Below, one piece after another: positions 1 to 14,100 of a stretch of DNA of 64,000 bases. The position numbers and the translations under genes are program-made. Below the pieces are notes generated by a model. That model made no database searches. It saw nothing but the letters and a program-made list of their open reading frames with translations, and had not been told where the DNA came from. The first letter of the stretch is position 1; every line of letters starts with the position of its first letter. Source of the stretch: Iphione sp. A-MEVVRFRX5 (taxonomy: Eukaryota); assembly GCA_976226885.1 (NCBI GenBank), contig OZ320313.1, positions 144,336,001 to 144,400,000 of the forward strand, in the 5' to 3' direction.

Positions 1-1578
1 AGATCAACCAGCGGGACCCTAAATAGAACTCCCTTGCATCCTCCCCCCCCTTGTGCATCCATACCAGAACACACACGTGTGGTCACAACACCTGTGGATA
101 CCTGACTCACACATGAAGAGACCAGCCAGGTGTGCAGACATTCAGCCCACCCGACACCATCGAGGCCAATCATCGCCACACAAAAACACCGCCACCAGAT
201 AGACAACAGGAGATGGATAAGGTTGAGGCAGGGGTAGGGGTAACGTCTTCCTATGGAGAATAAGTAACCCCCAAGCCCCTCTCAAAGGAAACTGTATCAA
301 ATACGACACCTTCCGAGCTCTGCTTTCAAAGTAAGACAAGTGTGCTGTCGCAACCCTGATGGTACAGAAATCTGACTGTATCACCGTCACCGAAAGGGTA
401 CCCAATGCTCCCCCTCACAAGAGAATGACACCCGAGCAGCTTTTGACTGGAGGTCAACCACAGGTTGATTTACAGTGATATCAAATAGGCTAGAATTGTT
501 GAAAATAAAATGCTGGATGCGGTCTTTGTCGAAAAGCAACGTAGACAAACATCTGCCTTAAAAGCTGCAAGGGAGTCATCTCACAGAGAGGTCAGAAGAA
601 CTGTGTCACATGTGGACTGCCTTGGCTTCTCTTTCCACGTGACTATGTTCGCCAAATCTGCTGGTTGACTCGTGTCACCAAATGACTGGCGACAGTGGCC
701 CTCGGGGCGTTTGGAAGTCGTAAGTCTTCAGCAACATAACCCAGCCGGTTGTCGCCGGTCATCAAATTAAAGCATGTAAGCAAATATACCCACACATCTG
801 AACGATCTTATCATCAGTTTCTGGTAAACGAAGAAGTGTAGCTAGCTTTAGAACACTTCAACTGTCCCCGGACACATGTGATTTATCTATGTACATGTAC
901 ATGTAAATAGTCATTACATTTAAAAGGCCGTTAGTTGTTGCAGCAGACAGAGTGATAGCCAGCCTGCAAGAAGACGAGAGACATGCAAAGATAGCGGCCC
1001 TGGAAAACAACACAAGCAGACATCATATATTCGCTTCTCACTTTCATCAAGATTTCACAAATTTTATGGGTGTTGCAAAACATTTTCGGTCTATCTTGAT
1101 TTCTCTTTATGATGATGCTAATACATGTATATAACTAATTAGCAAAATGTTTAAGGATCCTTGTTTTCAAGTAACATAGATTCTGAAGCAGCACATGTGC
1201 ATAAAAGTTGGAAGGCTTCGCTCGGAAAGGAGCCATCAAAGGTGACTTTGATACTAAACGTAAAGATACTGTGATATAGGTTAGTGAGGATTCGTGACAG
1301 TAAATAATGCTCATTTGTCTGGTGTATGGCAATATTCTAGGCTTTTCCGTCCGAACAAATCGCAATAGCAGTTTTAACATATATTCAAATGTCAACCTTA
1401 TAGACTTTCTATTTTGATCTGCGATATAAATTCTCCATAAAATTCTCTATAAAATCTCTTACTTCTCAGAGAATTTCATTGGAATATTGAGAAGTAATTC
1501 ACATCTCATGAATGTAGAGGTATACCCTATCTTGGGTGGCAACTACATGTCTATACAATGTACCAAGACACAGTATCT

Positions 1579-1664
1579 GGATTTGGAAAAATATATGTAG
1601 AATATATACAGGAGCTCTGTAGGATTTGGAGAAATATATGTAGAATATATACAGGAGCTCTGTA
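1579..1664. repeat. 43-bp direct tandem duplication (2 copies, 1 mismatch)
   Basis: ggatttggaaaaatatatgtagaatatatacaggagctctgta (1579-1621) is followed by ggatttggagaaatatatgtagaatatatacaggagctctgta (1622-1664). Confidence 0.95.
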
Positions 1665-4600
1665 AGAAGGGTATCAAAAGCGAATAAGTTAAGAGGATAG
1701 ATAGTTTAACGTCCTCAAATGTGGACAAACACTCCCACGCAGGTACACAGGCATCACGGCCAAGGCCTGACTTTTTGCCCGGCCCCTTGAGGTCCCAGCC
1801 TCTGGGCATATGACGCCAAGCTGGCAACGCTGATATACAAGCTCCAGGCTTGGGATCATCTCACGAGGATCTAGATCATGACAGAGGCTTAGGGGATCAA
1901 CGGGCGTCGGGTAGGTGGCGGTCGGAGCGGCCCGAGAATTTGTGACGCTAGAGGGGGTCTTTATTTTCGGGCTGAGCCTGAATTCATGGGTCATGCCCTG
2001 TCCAAATCCGATGTGTAGCAAGTGTCAATGTATGCTAATTTTCTATGAGAGCTGGGAAAGAAAGATTTCTTTCAAACTATCACGACAAAGGGAAATTGTA
2101 AAAGAAGCGTTTTAGTGACATGATCTACTTAGTTTGAAAGGGAGAAAAATATGTTGATTAATCTGATTTGTATTGGCGTCTGTGTTAGGTGGTGTAACCT
2201 ACGCCTTTCAAGTATCATATCTGTATTATGTCCTTAAATCTTCTAGATTGTTCATAGTAATTTTGCAGGACATCGGGTTTACATATACGTGACACCATTA
2301 TATGTACGCATTGTTATTCTATGCCCTTCATTAATATTATAGAAAGAAATACTTTACAGGTAAAGGTGTGTAGCATTTTCAAAAATACTCTACAGTCAAA
2401 GCGCAATCCATTAACCGTTATCTTAATCTTACTTTTATTATTCTCAAGGGCATAGCATAAACGAGGTGAATCAATGTGTATAAATAGGATCTTGGCCGGA
2501 AATAGTATGGCATCAGGCCTATTGGCTGCTTGAAATACAATTCACAACCTTGCACCTGTATATATAGAAATATAAACATAAACTATGGCAGTCCTCTCCG
2601 AATTTGGGATTCAATCCCGTAGATATTTGTACCTGTCGCAGATGATGTCAGGTGCATCGTAAGAGGAATCAAACACATGCTACATGAATAACAATACTAG
2701 AGGAGTGTTAACAGTCTGATGAGATCATACATATGGGTAGAGTATCTCTTACAAACATTTCCTCTTGCATGTATATTTTTACTTGTATGTATATGTGTAT
2801 GTATAGATAAAGGAGACACTGATCTCCTGATATCATACATATGTATGAAGGTGTTGGTGTATGCGTAGTTCATTCAGAGAGATAAATCTCACATTTCGAA
2901 CGAGCACCTAAATATTGCTCATCTACAGCCATTATATCATCCAACAGGTCAATGCACCCGCCATAGTAATGGCCCGCATCTCGATGCCAATCGAAATATC
3001 CTCTGCGTTTCGCCGCTCGCCGCCGCCATGAAGGTTTGCCATCGGCAGCGTCTGCTTGGACCGAACGCTTGCTGTCCAAGTATTTACCCACGGCGAGCCA
3101 CAATTGGCCTTGCCTCGGTCACTTCCACTATGATAACATAATCACCAGTGCCGATTGGCGGGTAATTGCCACCCCGGCCTCATTATCATTCATCCTACGC
3201 CCGCTGGAGGGCGCCACTAATTGGGCGATAAAAGGGTAAACGATTACGTACGACATTTCGAAGCAGAAAGAGAGAGGAAAAAGAGAGCTTTTTTATTCGT
3301 TGTTTTTGATGAAGAAGGTCAGGCAGTGCGTTTAGAAGTGGACTGCTGTGTATCTTGGTTACCCTGGGAAATTGGAAAATCCAGATGCCCTGTTTATGTT
3401 TAGTTTTTACCAGCGATAAATGGCACCAAATATAACGTTGTTTCCTGTTTGAAACCATGGGCCATGGAGGTTGTGTTGCTTCTATCCACAGCCCTACTGG
3501 GTACCCTGATGTACGATGCGAAGTAAAGTGTTTATTAGGTCACGTGACAGAGTCTCTGATGCCACGTGACAGAGGCGTCCCCTGGAGCCCCAGTTTCCTA
3601 TTATCGCCCATCTGGAGACTTCGCGCCTTGTACAGACCGATGGACAGGCCGTTGGCCTGGGCTCAGGCAGGTGGTGGTTTGTGGAGGTGGCCAAGTGTTC
3701 CAGGGGTCGGCCAAAGCACTGGCCTGTTAAGGTGGACTCTCGTTTTTTTGAGGGGCTCTGGGCGTTGGGACCAGCTGGACCGGGCTTTCCTCCGGGTCAC
3801 CGTCGTCTGCTGGGGTCGGCTTGCGAGCCCTGCCGGGGAAATGCTCCAGGCCTGAGGTTCATGCCCTCCTGCAATGGGAATGGAAGACTCGACGTCCCCG
3901 GGGAGAAGTTGCCAGGAGTGGCCTATGATCCGAGGCCATCCATCGTACTCCTGAAGACCGAAGAGGTGCTTACAGGCCGTCCACTCCGTGTGAACTGTAC
4001 CCTTCAGACCAAGGGACTTCATAGGTCCAACCCCCGCCCCACCCTCGACTTTTCATCTCGTCTACAAGTCATCTTTAAAGAAGAAGTTCCTTTGGCTACT
4101 GGCCCCGGTCATGTCATTATCTTTCTGTAAAAGGACAGGCGCAGGATCGCTACACAGACAAATCAGCATTTAGTGAAAGGTGCGATTTTTTTGTCCCGGA
4201 AGTTCAGAGGGTACTTCGTCATCTTTGGGTTATATATTTAACTGAAAGTTCAAAACGGGGACACTTTATACGGTGGAAGAGCAACATTTTTCATTTTCAC
4301 ATTGCTCTTAAATTCCAAAATAAAACCGTATTTCCACATTAGTTAATGTAGAAAGCTTGCTGGCGATGTTAAAACAGTCTATACTAATCCCCATCACCGG
4401 ACAGATCCGGATAAAGAACGATACTGAGCTGCTCAAAGCTAGAGGGTTTCAACCTAAATCCGCCTGTCTTACTGCTCATTAGCATTCCGGTGTTTCCAGA
4501 CCGCCAGGAAGCAGTGACAAAAAGAAAGTTAAAACATCCGGATTTGAGGCTGACAGGCTATGAGTGACACACTTACGGCTGCGGCGATTCTCTAGCAGTA

Positions 4601-7600
4601 ACCAGCGGTTTATTTCAGTGCCTAGAAAGCTATACAACAAAGCCCTCTGTCACTGCTGTTGTTCCCCCACAGCGAGAGTTGCTCCTGACCAGCCACAAGA
4701 GAACCGCAGGCCCAAGATACTGATTTGCATGTCAAGATGTTTTACTGAAAACAAATCCGATTCTGATCGATTGACCTAGTTTCAACCTTTTGTTGTGCGG
4801 CCTCACCGGCAGACGGCGTGGTGAGCGGCTCAGCTGAAAGAGACTGGTGGGAGGTGGAAGCTCATACGTGGCGATGCAGCGATTCTAAAATGTAAAATAC
4901 GGGCTTTTCAGCGCATCCCTCCCAACCAGCATCGGCGTGCACAAATATGTCCCGCTATGTCATCGGCTTAGAACGGTATTAATGTTATCTGCCTTCCAAA
5001 TCCCCAGATTGAAGGCCGAGCATGCACCGCCGGGTAAATGGAGAGGAACTGATGTCGCAGGAGACTGAGACTGAGACTGCGGCTACAGTTGTAGCGGTGG
5101 TTCCTTGCGAGGCTGTCATTGCTGCCGCTGCTGCCGCCGCAGATTTCCCGTGTACACGGCTTAGGTCTAAAGCTCTATGATTGATGGAACTGTGTTTTGC
5201 TCTTTCCGCTGGCCGTAGCTTCTGGAGTATTTAAAGCCGGCATGCATGTGATCAAAGCCGAGACTGTTCAATGAAGTCTGTCCGGGCGGTTGAGTAACAA
5301 AAGCAGCCGGCCGCCCAACACTAGAAGGCCACTCAGCTGGGCGGGCTCGCCCAGACTGACGTCTCGTCCGCTTAACTAACCAAAATGTGGCCCAATTACC
5401 GGTCTAAAGACGACAGCTTACTAATCGCATGTTGTTCTACTTGACCAACTAGAAGCAACCGCCTTTACAGTGGGACCACACGAGTATTATATTTGGTCTT
5501 TTACTCTAGCACAGCATTTCAGAGGCATCCTATAACAACACCTTCTGTGACATTGGTCGACTATTAAAGCTGTCACACCATTCCCATATACATGCATACA
5601 TCACAGGAGAACACAGGCCTAGTCTGAAAAATGTGGTTATAATTCATGCTCGTGTGATTCTTGGATCCTTTAAGGTTCGCAGAGAAATAACAAGACTCCT
5701 CGTGTATTCGTGCGCCAATTGCACACCACTCACGACTAAGAGTGGGTGGCAAGCTCTCACTGTAAACTTATTACCCAACTCGCGTAGCGCATCGTGGTGG
5801 GAATACACAAAGGCTTATGTCTTTATTGGCTAATTCTCGATAATCTCGTTTCGATATTAAGCAAATCATATTATCATGTTATCGGCACATTGATAGCCAC
5901 TGAAGGATATGAAAAGGGGACACTGGACACTGCTTTCGCCACATGTGCGAGTTCGATATACATGTATGTCAGTGTACATATGCACACATAACGTTTATTA
6001 CCCCGGTTAACATCTGGACGGTGTATAGATTGCAGTATAAATGCTGTAGCAATTGTTGCATTTTGAGGTTACACGTACCTCCGGAGAACCTAACAAGAGA
6101 ACATATTGCATTCGGTCTGAAGACTATATACGTGAGTTACTGGTTCCTTTCTTGCCAGAAATCTCTTATCTGCTCAGACGGTAATCAATCAAAGATGTAC
6201 CCGAATGTGAGTTGGTGGTTAATCCTGATACCGGCAACTTGGTTTCGGACAGCTTTAAGGCAGACCGACGGTTTTTTTTTATATAGGCGGGCACTCTTCT
6301 TCAACGGGCCTGGTATGAAGGCAGTGGTAGCCGTTGAATGAAACCGGTACGTTCTATAAGACCACAGAATGAACTGTGAATTGCCTCCCGATTGGTGCTC
6401 TCCATGTCAAAGCAACGCGGCTGTTTCAGCGTGTAATGGTTGACACCTAATTTCTCATAGGGATGACACTCCGGTCGTTTTCTTCCCTGTAGCACATGTT
6501 CCGTCAGTGGGTCGGCGCCTACTTTCGGCGGTTAAACACCACCGCCGAGTGTGCCATCGTGGAGATAATCTGAGATTAAATCACTAAAACACGCAGGGCT
6601 TGCTTGTCTTGCTCCCGGCTGAGAGGTACTCTTTTTTTAACGGCGATCCCCGCCTCGGGTGGGGATGAAGGGAAGGAGTGAGCCGGAATTATATCATTTG
6701 TCACATGTTCGGCTGAGATCAGTGTAAAAGATCCGCTGGGGGCTGATGGCGGGGGTGGAGCTGGAGGCTGGGGCTGTCTTTGGATGTTATTGGGGTGCTC
6801 TTTTGCCCAGGTCAGGATCTCAGACCTTCTCACCTCCTCTCTTGTAGCGGCTTAGTATCTCTCCGCGCCACTTACAGTGAAATGTACGACACGCCAACAG
6901 GAGGAGGAACCATTGGAGGCACACTTTTCTACGGCTCAATGTACAGTTGCCGGCGCTTAGGCGATGCGCCGGATGTCGCTGCCTGCGCATGTGCACCGGT
7001 TGATTGAGCAGCTCGGACCCAAGACGTGGCCGAGCAGATTAGGCCGGCCATCAATATTTGTTCGGCGTCATTAGAAAATGATAAAGAAGGCGTCGAGACC
7101 GGGGCCAGCGGGAGGTTGGTACCGGGAGACGCGTGGGGAAGGGACCCGCGCGGCGACCCCTTCCCACCCTGGAGGGATCGCCCAGACATGGGCGGGAGGG
7201 AGTGGAGGTAGGGATAGGAAGGAGGTGGAGGGTAGTGGAGAAGGAGGTGGAACCGAGTACGTTAGAACGACAGTACGGATCGTCCTTTAAGGAGGATCTC
7301 CTGTCATGATTCTTACCCCGTGTGCGATTAAAACAGTCCTCATTCGGACATTGTGGCCACTTTTCACTCCTCCTCCATCTTTCATAAGAACTTGACGTGA
7401 CGAAGGTAGCAACTATTTGCTTTCGTCTTCTTCATGGATCGAATTCCCGTGTCTTAATAATTCTTTTCCCGTCCTGATGATTTATTCTTCAACCTGCTTT
7501 TAATGTGCACTTACACAAGCACGTATAATCTCATCAGCACACTGTTCAATTACTAACTATATGGTTCAGTATTGAGACAAATTTGGGATTTGGTTGAGAG

Positions 7601-10600
7601 CGTTTGCCGAGAAGTTATGTGAATGGAAAATGTGATACTCAAAATGCGAACGTTAACGTCCACCAGTCGAACCTCTCAATTGAGGACAACCAGTTTACAA
7701 TCAAGGCGATTCTTTAACGTGGCCCTACCCTCTAATTATGCCATTCAACCCGATGATGAGCCAGCTCAGCCGTTCTGACCTGACAGTTGTTCCCACGGGG
7801 TACTGAAATCGACTGGATCAAGCAGAGAGGTGTGTGTGTTCTTGCTTGCAAAAGGGGATGGGGGTGGGGAGTGGGACCGGCCTGTGGGAAGCGGCAGGAA
7901 GGGGTTGTCGTAGTGAGGGTGAATACCAACATGTGCTTGTGGCTCGATCAGTTCAGCACCATTATCCCTTTAACAAACCAAAACCTAGAATCTAAAACTC
8001 ACGCCCCCAATACATCCCCAGCCTAAACCTTGCTGGACGTCCACCCCATCCAACAACCCCGCGGGGGGTAAGATGAGACTATGTGTGCTGCCTGCCCGCA
8101 TTATCCGGAGACAGGTCAAAGGTCACCAGCCGCGGTCTCTCGTGTGAGATTGCATCATTCCATGATGCTCTGGGCCTCGCAGCCCGCGCTTTCCAATGGG
8201 AAACCGGCGCCGACATAAGAAAACCTCCTTTGTTGATCTTTCTTCCGCCTTGCCTGTTTTGCTGTGGTCTTAAAATCATCCAAGGTTTTAAGCCAGATCA
8301 AAGAAGGAAATTGCTAAAATAAAGCAAGAAATCCCACTTTGGCTGTTCAAGTTCCTCGGCCTATTTATCACAGGAGGTTTACATTGCCCTAGGAAAACCG
8401 GAAACAAGCAGTCGCTCTCGTCAGATAAAACCACGGGATGGTTCCTGTGGAGAACGCTTCTTTTAGTATACTACTACCGCCTCTTGGGCCTTTTGGCCAT
8501 TTATTGCACAGACAATGTTATCTGCTCATTTTTCTCCCGTGTACCATTTAACAGAAGAAAGTAAACATAGTCTCAAGCCAGTGAGAATAATATCGAAGGC
8601 TTGGTCACTAATGACGGTTTCTTCGCGGTAAGGATATGCTGAAATTCATATTCAAGCACGTACACCTGAAACTGACCAGCCTTCCTCTGATGCTTAGCTC
8701 CAGGGTTCCAGCCAGATCCCGTTTCAACTACCAACGTTTGAATAGACAGTCGACAGCTGGGCCTGACAAAACGCTGTCTGCCTACACTAGACTGACAAGC
8801 AGGCCACCACGTCGTGTTTGTGTTTGACTTAGTTCCGATGCGTTTTCGAGACAACGGCGAGGGGGGGGGAGGAAATGGTGACAAGTTCAACAGACAAGGC
8901 GCTTACTTTACCAATGCATTTAATCGGTTTGTCTGTTTATCTTTCGTTTGTCTGCCTCTATATCCTTGTTTCTGTCTCTGTTACCTCCCCTCTCTGTATT
9001 TATTGGTTTTCCTAGCTTTTCCTACTCTACCTTTCCTTATTCCTTGTATGTTTTTTATTTTGAATTTTCAGCATTTTCTTCGCAGGAGCAACTGCTCCCT
9101 TGTAATCCCCCTCCCCCTCCAACCCCTTACTCCTGTGTGTGCGCCATCACTGATAGCCCACCCGGTAAGCAGCTCCTACTCCTTGTCATTGCAAACTCGT
9201 GTTGCGCCCGCTTCAGCACGCGTGCTGGCCCATCACACCCCCCCTCCCCCGCCTGCGAGCGTTCGTGGTGAGCATAACGGGGCCGAGCACGTTGGAGGGC
9301 AGTACATAACCCTTACTCCAGGCTCTGGCCCTACTTCCGCTACTCCTAAATAGAAACAAACTGCTGTTAACAAGCTTAGACATTTAGACGTCTGGAGATG
9401 TTTTCCATGCTCTTCCCCTCAGGTTCCCTCAGATAGTATAGATTGCAATCATGCTATCATTCTTCCTTCTAGGGTGCCCTCCATATACACATGTAGATGC
9501 ACACGCACATACATATGTAAGTTTATGTACATACACATATAAATATTTGTTGTTCTACAAATAGTCACAGTTCACTTATGTTAACTGAACTTAGAGTAAC
9601 AGCAACTATTGTCAGGAAATCAATATTTTAAAAACAAAACTTGTTATATAGCATTAAATACCATGTTTTTATGTCTGAGATATTAATATACACGTGATGG
9701 GAATTTGCACAAAGCATTATGTCGTATGACGAGGGTTGCAAGTATTTTATACGTCCCTCCAGTCAGCAACCATGCATACTTACAACTATGCATATATAAA
9801 CATACATGTTAATGCATACACGTGATTGCAGATTGGTTAGAAAGAAGTTGATATGTGGAATAGGTGGGGGAGTGTTGATCGTTTCGACTAGTGCCTGAAT
9901 AAGTGTGCGGCCTATCGCCAGGGGCCCCAAGGCCTGAAGAAGGCTAACAGTGGCAAGTGTCGGTGCTGGCCAGGGGTCTCCCGTATTATAGCGCCCGGGT
10001 CACGAACGTCCATCCTGAGAGGCCTGAATAGAACGTCCTCAGGGGAGCCAGTGATATCAACCTGACAGCCTCCTTCCTACAGCCCGTCTTGTCATAGCGA
10101 GACGGCTTCACCCTCTATTTCTTTCTGTAGCCACTACATCATAGCCTCTCTCCGGGAGAATGTATGACCTGTGCACGAACTACGCCATTTGGCAATGGCT
10201 TCATTTTTTCCCCTATTATTAAATTCAGTTGAATGGAGAAAAATACACGCTTGGATTTTTTTTTCTGTAAGAGTAGACTCTATATCTCGTTTTTCTTTTC
10301 ACTCTGTGAACAGTTGTAAGGTATACAAGGCAGCTTCGCGCCCTCGAGCTCAACTCCAGCCGTTCACTGTTAGAGCCTCGTCTGTCGATTCGCAGCGCAG
10401 GCGAGTTGCATGAAGACCATGGACAGCTACAAGGCGCCCAGTTTCAAATGCTCCGTCGCTGTGGACATGGTCCTCCATAGCAACCGGAAGCACATCGGGC
10501 ATCAAGACAGGAGACGGGGAATGTGGATAGGTGACCGGTCTGGGTGAGTGGGTAGATGGGTGGTTGTGTAGGCAGAGAATGGGGTCATTGGTAGCGAGAA

Positions 10601-11063
10601 CGTGGCGAATTTAGTCGCAGCATGCGTCTCGATTTATTCCCGTGAAGATTTATCGAATCCATGCAGTCGGCCTCGATTATTCCCGGCTCAATCCGCAGGT
10701 TTTCCGTGCCACTGACAATCTTTTAAGATGTCTTTCACATTTTATTTGCGTTTTTGCCGGGGATGGGGAGTGGGTGTGGATATTATGCCCCTCTGAAAGC
10801 GCGACTAGGAGCCGCGCAAAGGGCCACTTCCGCCGTAACCCCCCCCCCCCCCACGCGAGTTTAGAGGGTCGCGCCAAAATGACGGACGGCTATCTGTTTA
10901 CGGAGGCTAGTTTGCCATGACTGACATCTCTCCAGGGACTGTCTAAGAGTCCTTGTCACTGCCGCTCAGGGACTTATGTCTTTCACTCGCGTCTCTTTTT
11001 TCTATCCCCACTGTCTCTATCCCTAAATGTCCCTTCCGTTCTCGTTGCCTTCGTCCTCTATGC

Positions 11064-11095
11064 CTTCTTCTTCTTCTTCTTCTTCTTCTTCTTCT

Positions 11096-11140
<45 letters not shown>
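11064..11140. repeat. Compound microsatellite, about (CTT)11 followed by about (CT)20
   Basis: Directly visible. Confidence 0.97.
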
Positions 11141-11142
<2 letters not shown>

Positions 11143-14100
11143 GTCTCGTCCCTGCTATCTTTCTCTTATCCCTCCCTCAACTCAATGTACAGTCATTGGC
11201 CCACCAGAGAAGGAGGGACGAGTACAGTGGCAGCGCGCCGTGGGTTTGTTTAAACATGGCGGCCCACACCTGTTTGTTCAGCTGCAGTAGTGCGCGCGCA
11301 CATATTCAGGTCTCACTGTACAGATTCCGTCTGCTAACATTTGTCTGTGCTCATCTGGGGGACACCGACCGGGTCCCCGCACACGCCATCCTTACACAGT
11401 GGGGCCAGGTCCCCCGGATGCCTCCTGGGTTCCAGCCGTCTGAAGCGACACTGGACGGATCCCGCAATGGGCGGCGCTGGCAGCTGGCCTGGCACCAATA
11501 GTGGACGGTAACCGAAGCCCGGAGAGGGAAGCGCGCTTCTCTATGCTCATGCATACGGTCACGCGGCAAATCTTGTTCCCTCTCACCAAGATTTCGCTTC
11601 TAAAAGTTTCTTAAAATTAGCTCGGGGGTTTTTCGAGAGAGATTGTACAGAAAAAACGTAATGCTCGCTATTCAAGATTATAGCTTGTAATAAAGAGCAT
11701 CGCGAGTTATTAAAAGCATTAGTCTGTTTTTATGGTGCCTCCTCTTTTAATCAACCTCTTTGTTCCTCAGTCCTTGCACATGTCTTTTTAGTCGCTATAT
11801 ATTTACCTGTGTACATATAATTTAAACGAATCTCTGAAATGAACACTAGTGCTGAAAATGTCCCCCGCCCGGAATGTGCCACACGCCAGTTATTCAGGAA
11901 CATCTTATATGTGCGTACATTTCTAGCTTTTTAGGTCTTAGCAGTTGACCGCTGTTAGGAAGTGAATTTTCATTCCAACGACGACATCTGTTTATCCCTA
12001 TCCAGGAGCAACTCACAGGTTTCGGAGGGCAGCTACCAGAGGAAGAAGTGGCAAATGCGAGCAGCTCGTGGAGCTGGCAACACTACTCGCGGTGAGACAT
12101 TCCTCGCATTGCGAATTCCCAGCGAGGTTTCTGTATTACAATTAGCCGACGGGCGCGGTTGAGGGGGGTCCCAGCCGCAGCTGGCCTGGTGCCTCATGGG
12201 ACCCATCTCTCCATGACTAGCTCTCATTTACATTGGGAGGCAGTCGTTCTCCCTCCACATCCTTACCATCTTCCCACTGGGATCGCCCGACTCCTGAAGC
12301 ATTGAAGGTGCCACTCTGTCTAGCAGTTTGTCTTTTTTTCCTCTGCCACTGTCAGTTTCTCCCTCCACCCCCCCCCCCCCTTTTCGTTCTTCCTGTTTTC
12401 GCTCAGTGGTCTGCTGTATTCTCTCAGTGATGTCCTGTGTGTCCCTAGTGCGTGGATCCTCCAGGGATCTGTAGTAGGGCCCTCCCCTTTCATCCTTCTC
12501 ACCGACACGCCCCATCTCGGTCGGCCCGTACGGTCCCTAACTCCTCTGACTTTCTTTGTTTCTATCTATGACGAGCACACTGGGACGTATCTGGGCCACT
12601 GTCACCTTGCTCCTCAATGGAGAGACGAGCAGGAGGGAGCTTGATGGATCAGTCTGAATCGCTCCCTTCTTCCTCTTGCACCGGCGTCTAATCCTCCCCC
12701 AGCGTCTGTAGACACGTCAAGGACTCCCTCCAGTGGGGCCTCCGACACGAGCTCCGCCTAGTGGCCTAAAGTACTGTTGTCATGTCAACCGTCGTCCCCG
12801 GAGGCCTCGTCCACGCCTGGATGGGTGCAACCCTAGTGACGCTTACTGGAGAGGGAGGAGAGAAGGGGACCCTGTCTGGAAGCCACTCTCCTTGTTGACT
12901 CGTCTGACCCAGGGGAATGTTCAATATATGTCCCAAACAAAACTTACAATGATCGTCAAAAAATTGTCAGCTAGTCGAAGTCAGTCTGCACATTGTTCAT
13001 GATACGTAAATTTGTAGCAACAGTACTAACGTGTTTTGACCGTTCAGGTCCCGACGATTTTTTTTCGTCTAACGCAAGACGTGATATTCTGAACCGAATG
13101 AACCTGAACAGTCGCCCCGTCTACGACTCCTCTTACTTCGTTATCTGGACGTTTGCTTGGTTTCCATGGAAACCATACTCGACGCAGGGCCTTGCTTGTC
13201 CCCAGAGACGTTGGTCTCAGAGGAACGCTGATGTCTCACTCTAACCGGCATGCAACGCGCCTTGTCACATGACCCCAGTTTCCAGTTCCTGTTCAGAACC
13301 TTTCCGCCAGTCGCTCGTCGTCCGTCACACGCTGCTGATACCAATCCCTTTTGGAGTTCGTCACACCTCAGTAGTCCAAGGGGTCTCAGTCCAAAGCACA
13401 CAGATGCCTCTCTCCTTTGTAAAAAGATAGCACTAAACATTCCTGACGCCTATAGAGGGTTGCAGCTATAGAAGAGGAGTCTAGATATCGGTCATTTTTT
13501 TCTGTTCCATATATTTTGGCTTATATCTCGAAAGTCTCATCACCATTAATTACACAGGAAAGTTATTGCGTGCAAGGCCTTTTTTCCGATCGGAATGTGT
13601 CAACGATACAGAACGCAGCGTAGGGTCGATTTGACAGGTAGTCTTCAATGTGTCAAGATTGTGTGATTGACAGTAATAGAGGCTATGCTAGGGAGTGATA
13701 TTCGCTCGAGCACTTAGAGCTTGGACGATTCGCCTCATAACAGAAGTACAAGATAAAGCTGACATAGCGAAGCTGTGAGCCAACCCCGGACGTGGGCCAT
13801 TAGGGCCACTGTTTGCTTAATGAATCAAGTTCTTAGAGCAAGAAGAATGTGATAAGAATAGGAGGATAAGTGGCGAAGATACGAGTTCCCGAAGGAGGAG
13901 AAGGAGGACGACGAGGAGGAGGTGGCGGTGGTGGCTACGGGGGGGGGGAGCTTGTTAGATTGGGCGGGCGAGGTTGGGCGGGTGCGAAGGAAGGGTGCGC
14001 CTTTTCGTCGGTTGCATATATGGCCGGATGTTGAAGATGTGCGCGGCAGAGGCGGCCCGTACAGCTGGTGGTATATGGGCTTCTGATAACGAGCGAGCCG

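Noticed and set aside
2606-2622. GGGATTCAATCCC mini-hairpin resembling a tRNA B-box/T-loop
   Set aside because: No A-box, acceptor stem or cloverleaf; no tRNA or SINE can be supported.
3457-4130. Overlapping 119-149 aa ORFs and a minus-strand acceptor-like cttttacag near 4125
   Set aside because: All three frames after the acceptor stop within about 21 codons, there is no WFQN motif and no recognisable homology; not the missing exon 4.
451-4790. Imperfect DR5 RARE-like pairs (AGGTCA-n5-AGGTTG at ~453 and the reverse equivalent at ~4772)
   Set aside because: The second half-site is degenerate in both; such matches are expected by chance.
10953-11501. ORFs with poly-Leu, poly-Ser or (RE)n/(LS)n tracts (also 17441-17905, 52858-53190, 56532-56803, 59480-60041)
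   Set aside because: Artefacts of translating CTT/CT/GA microsatellites.
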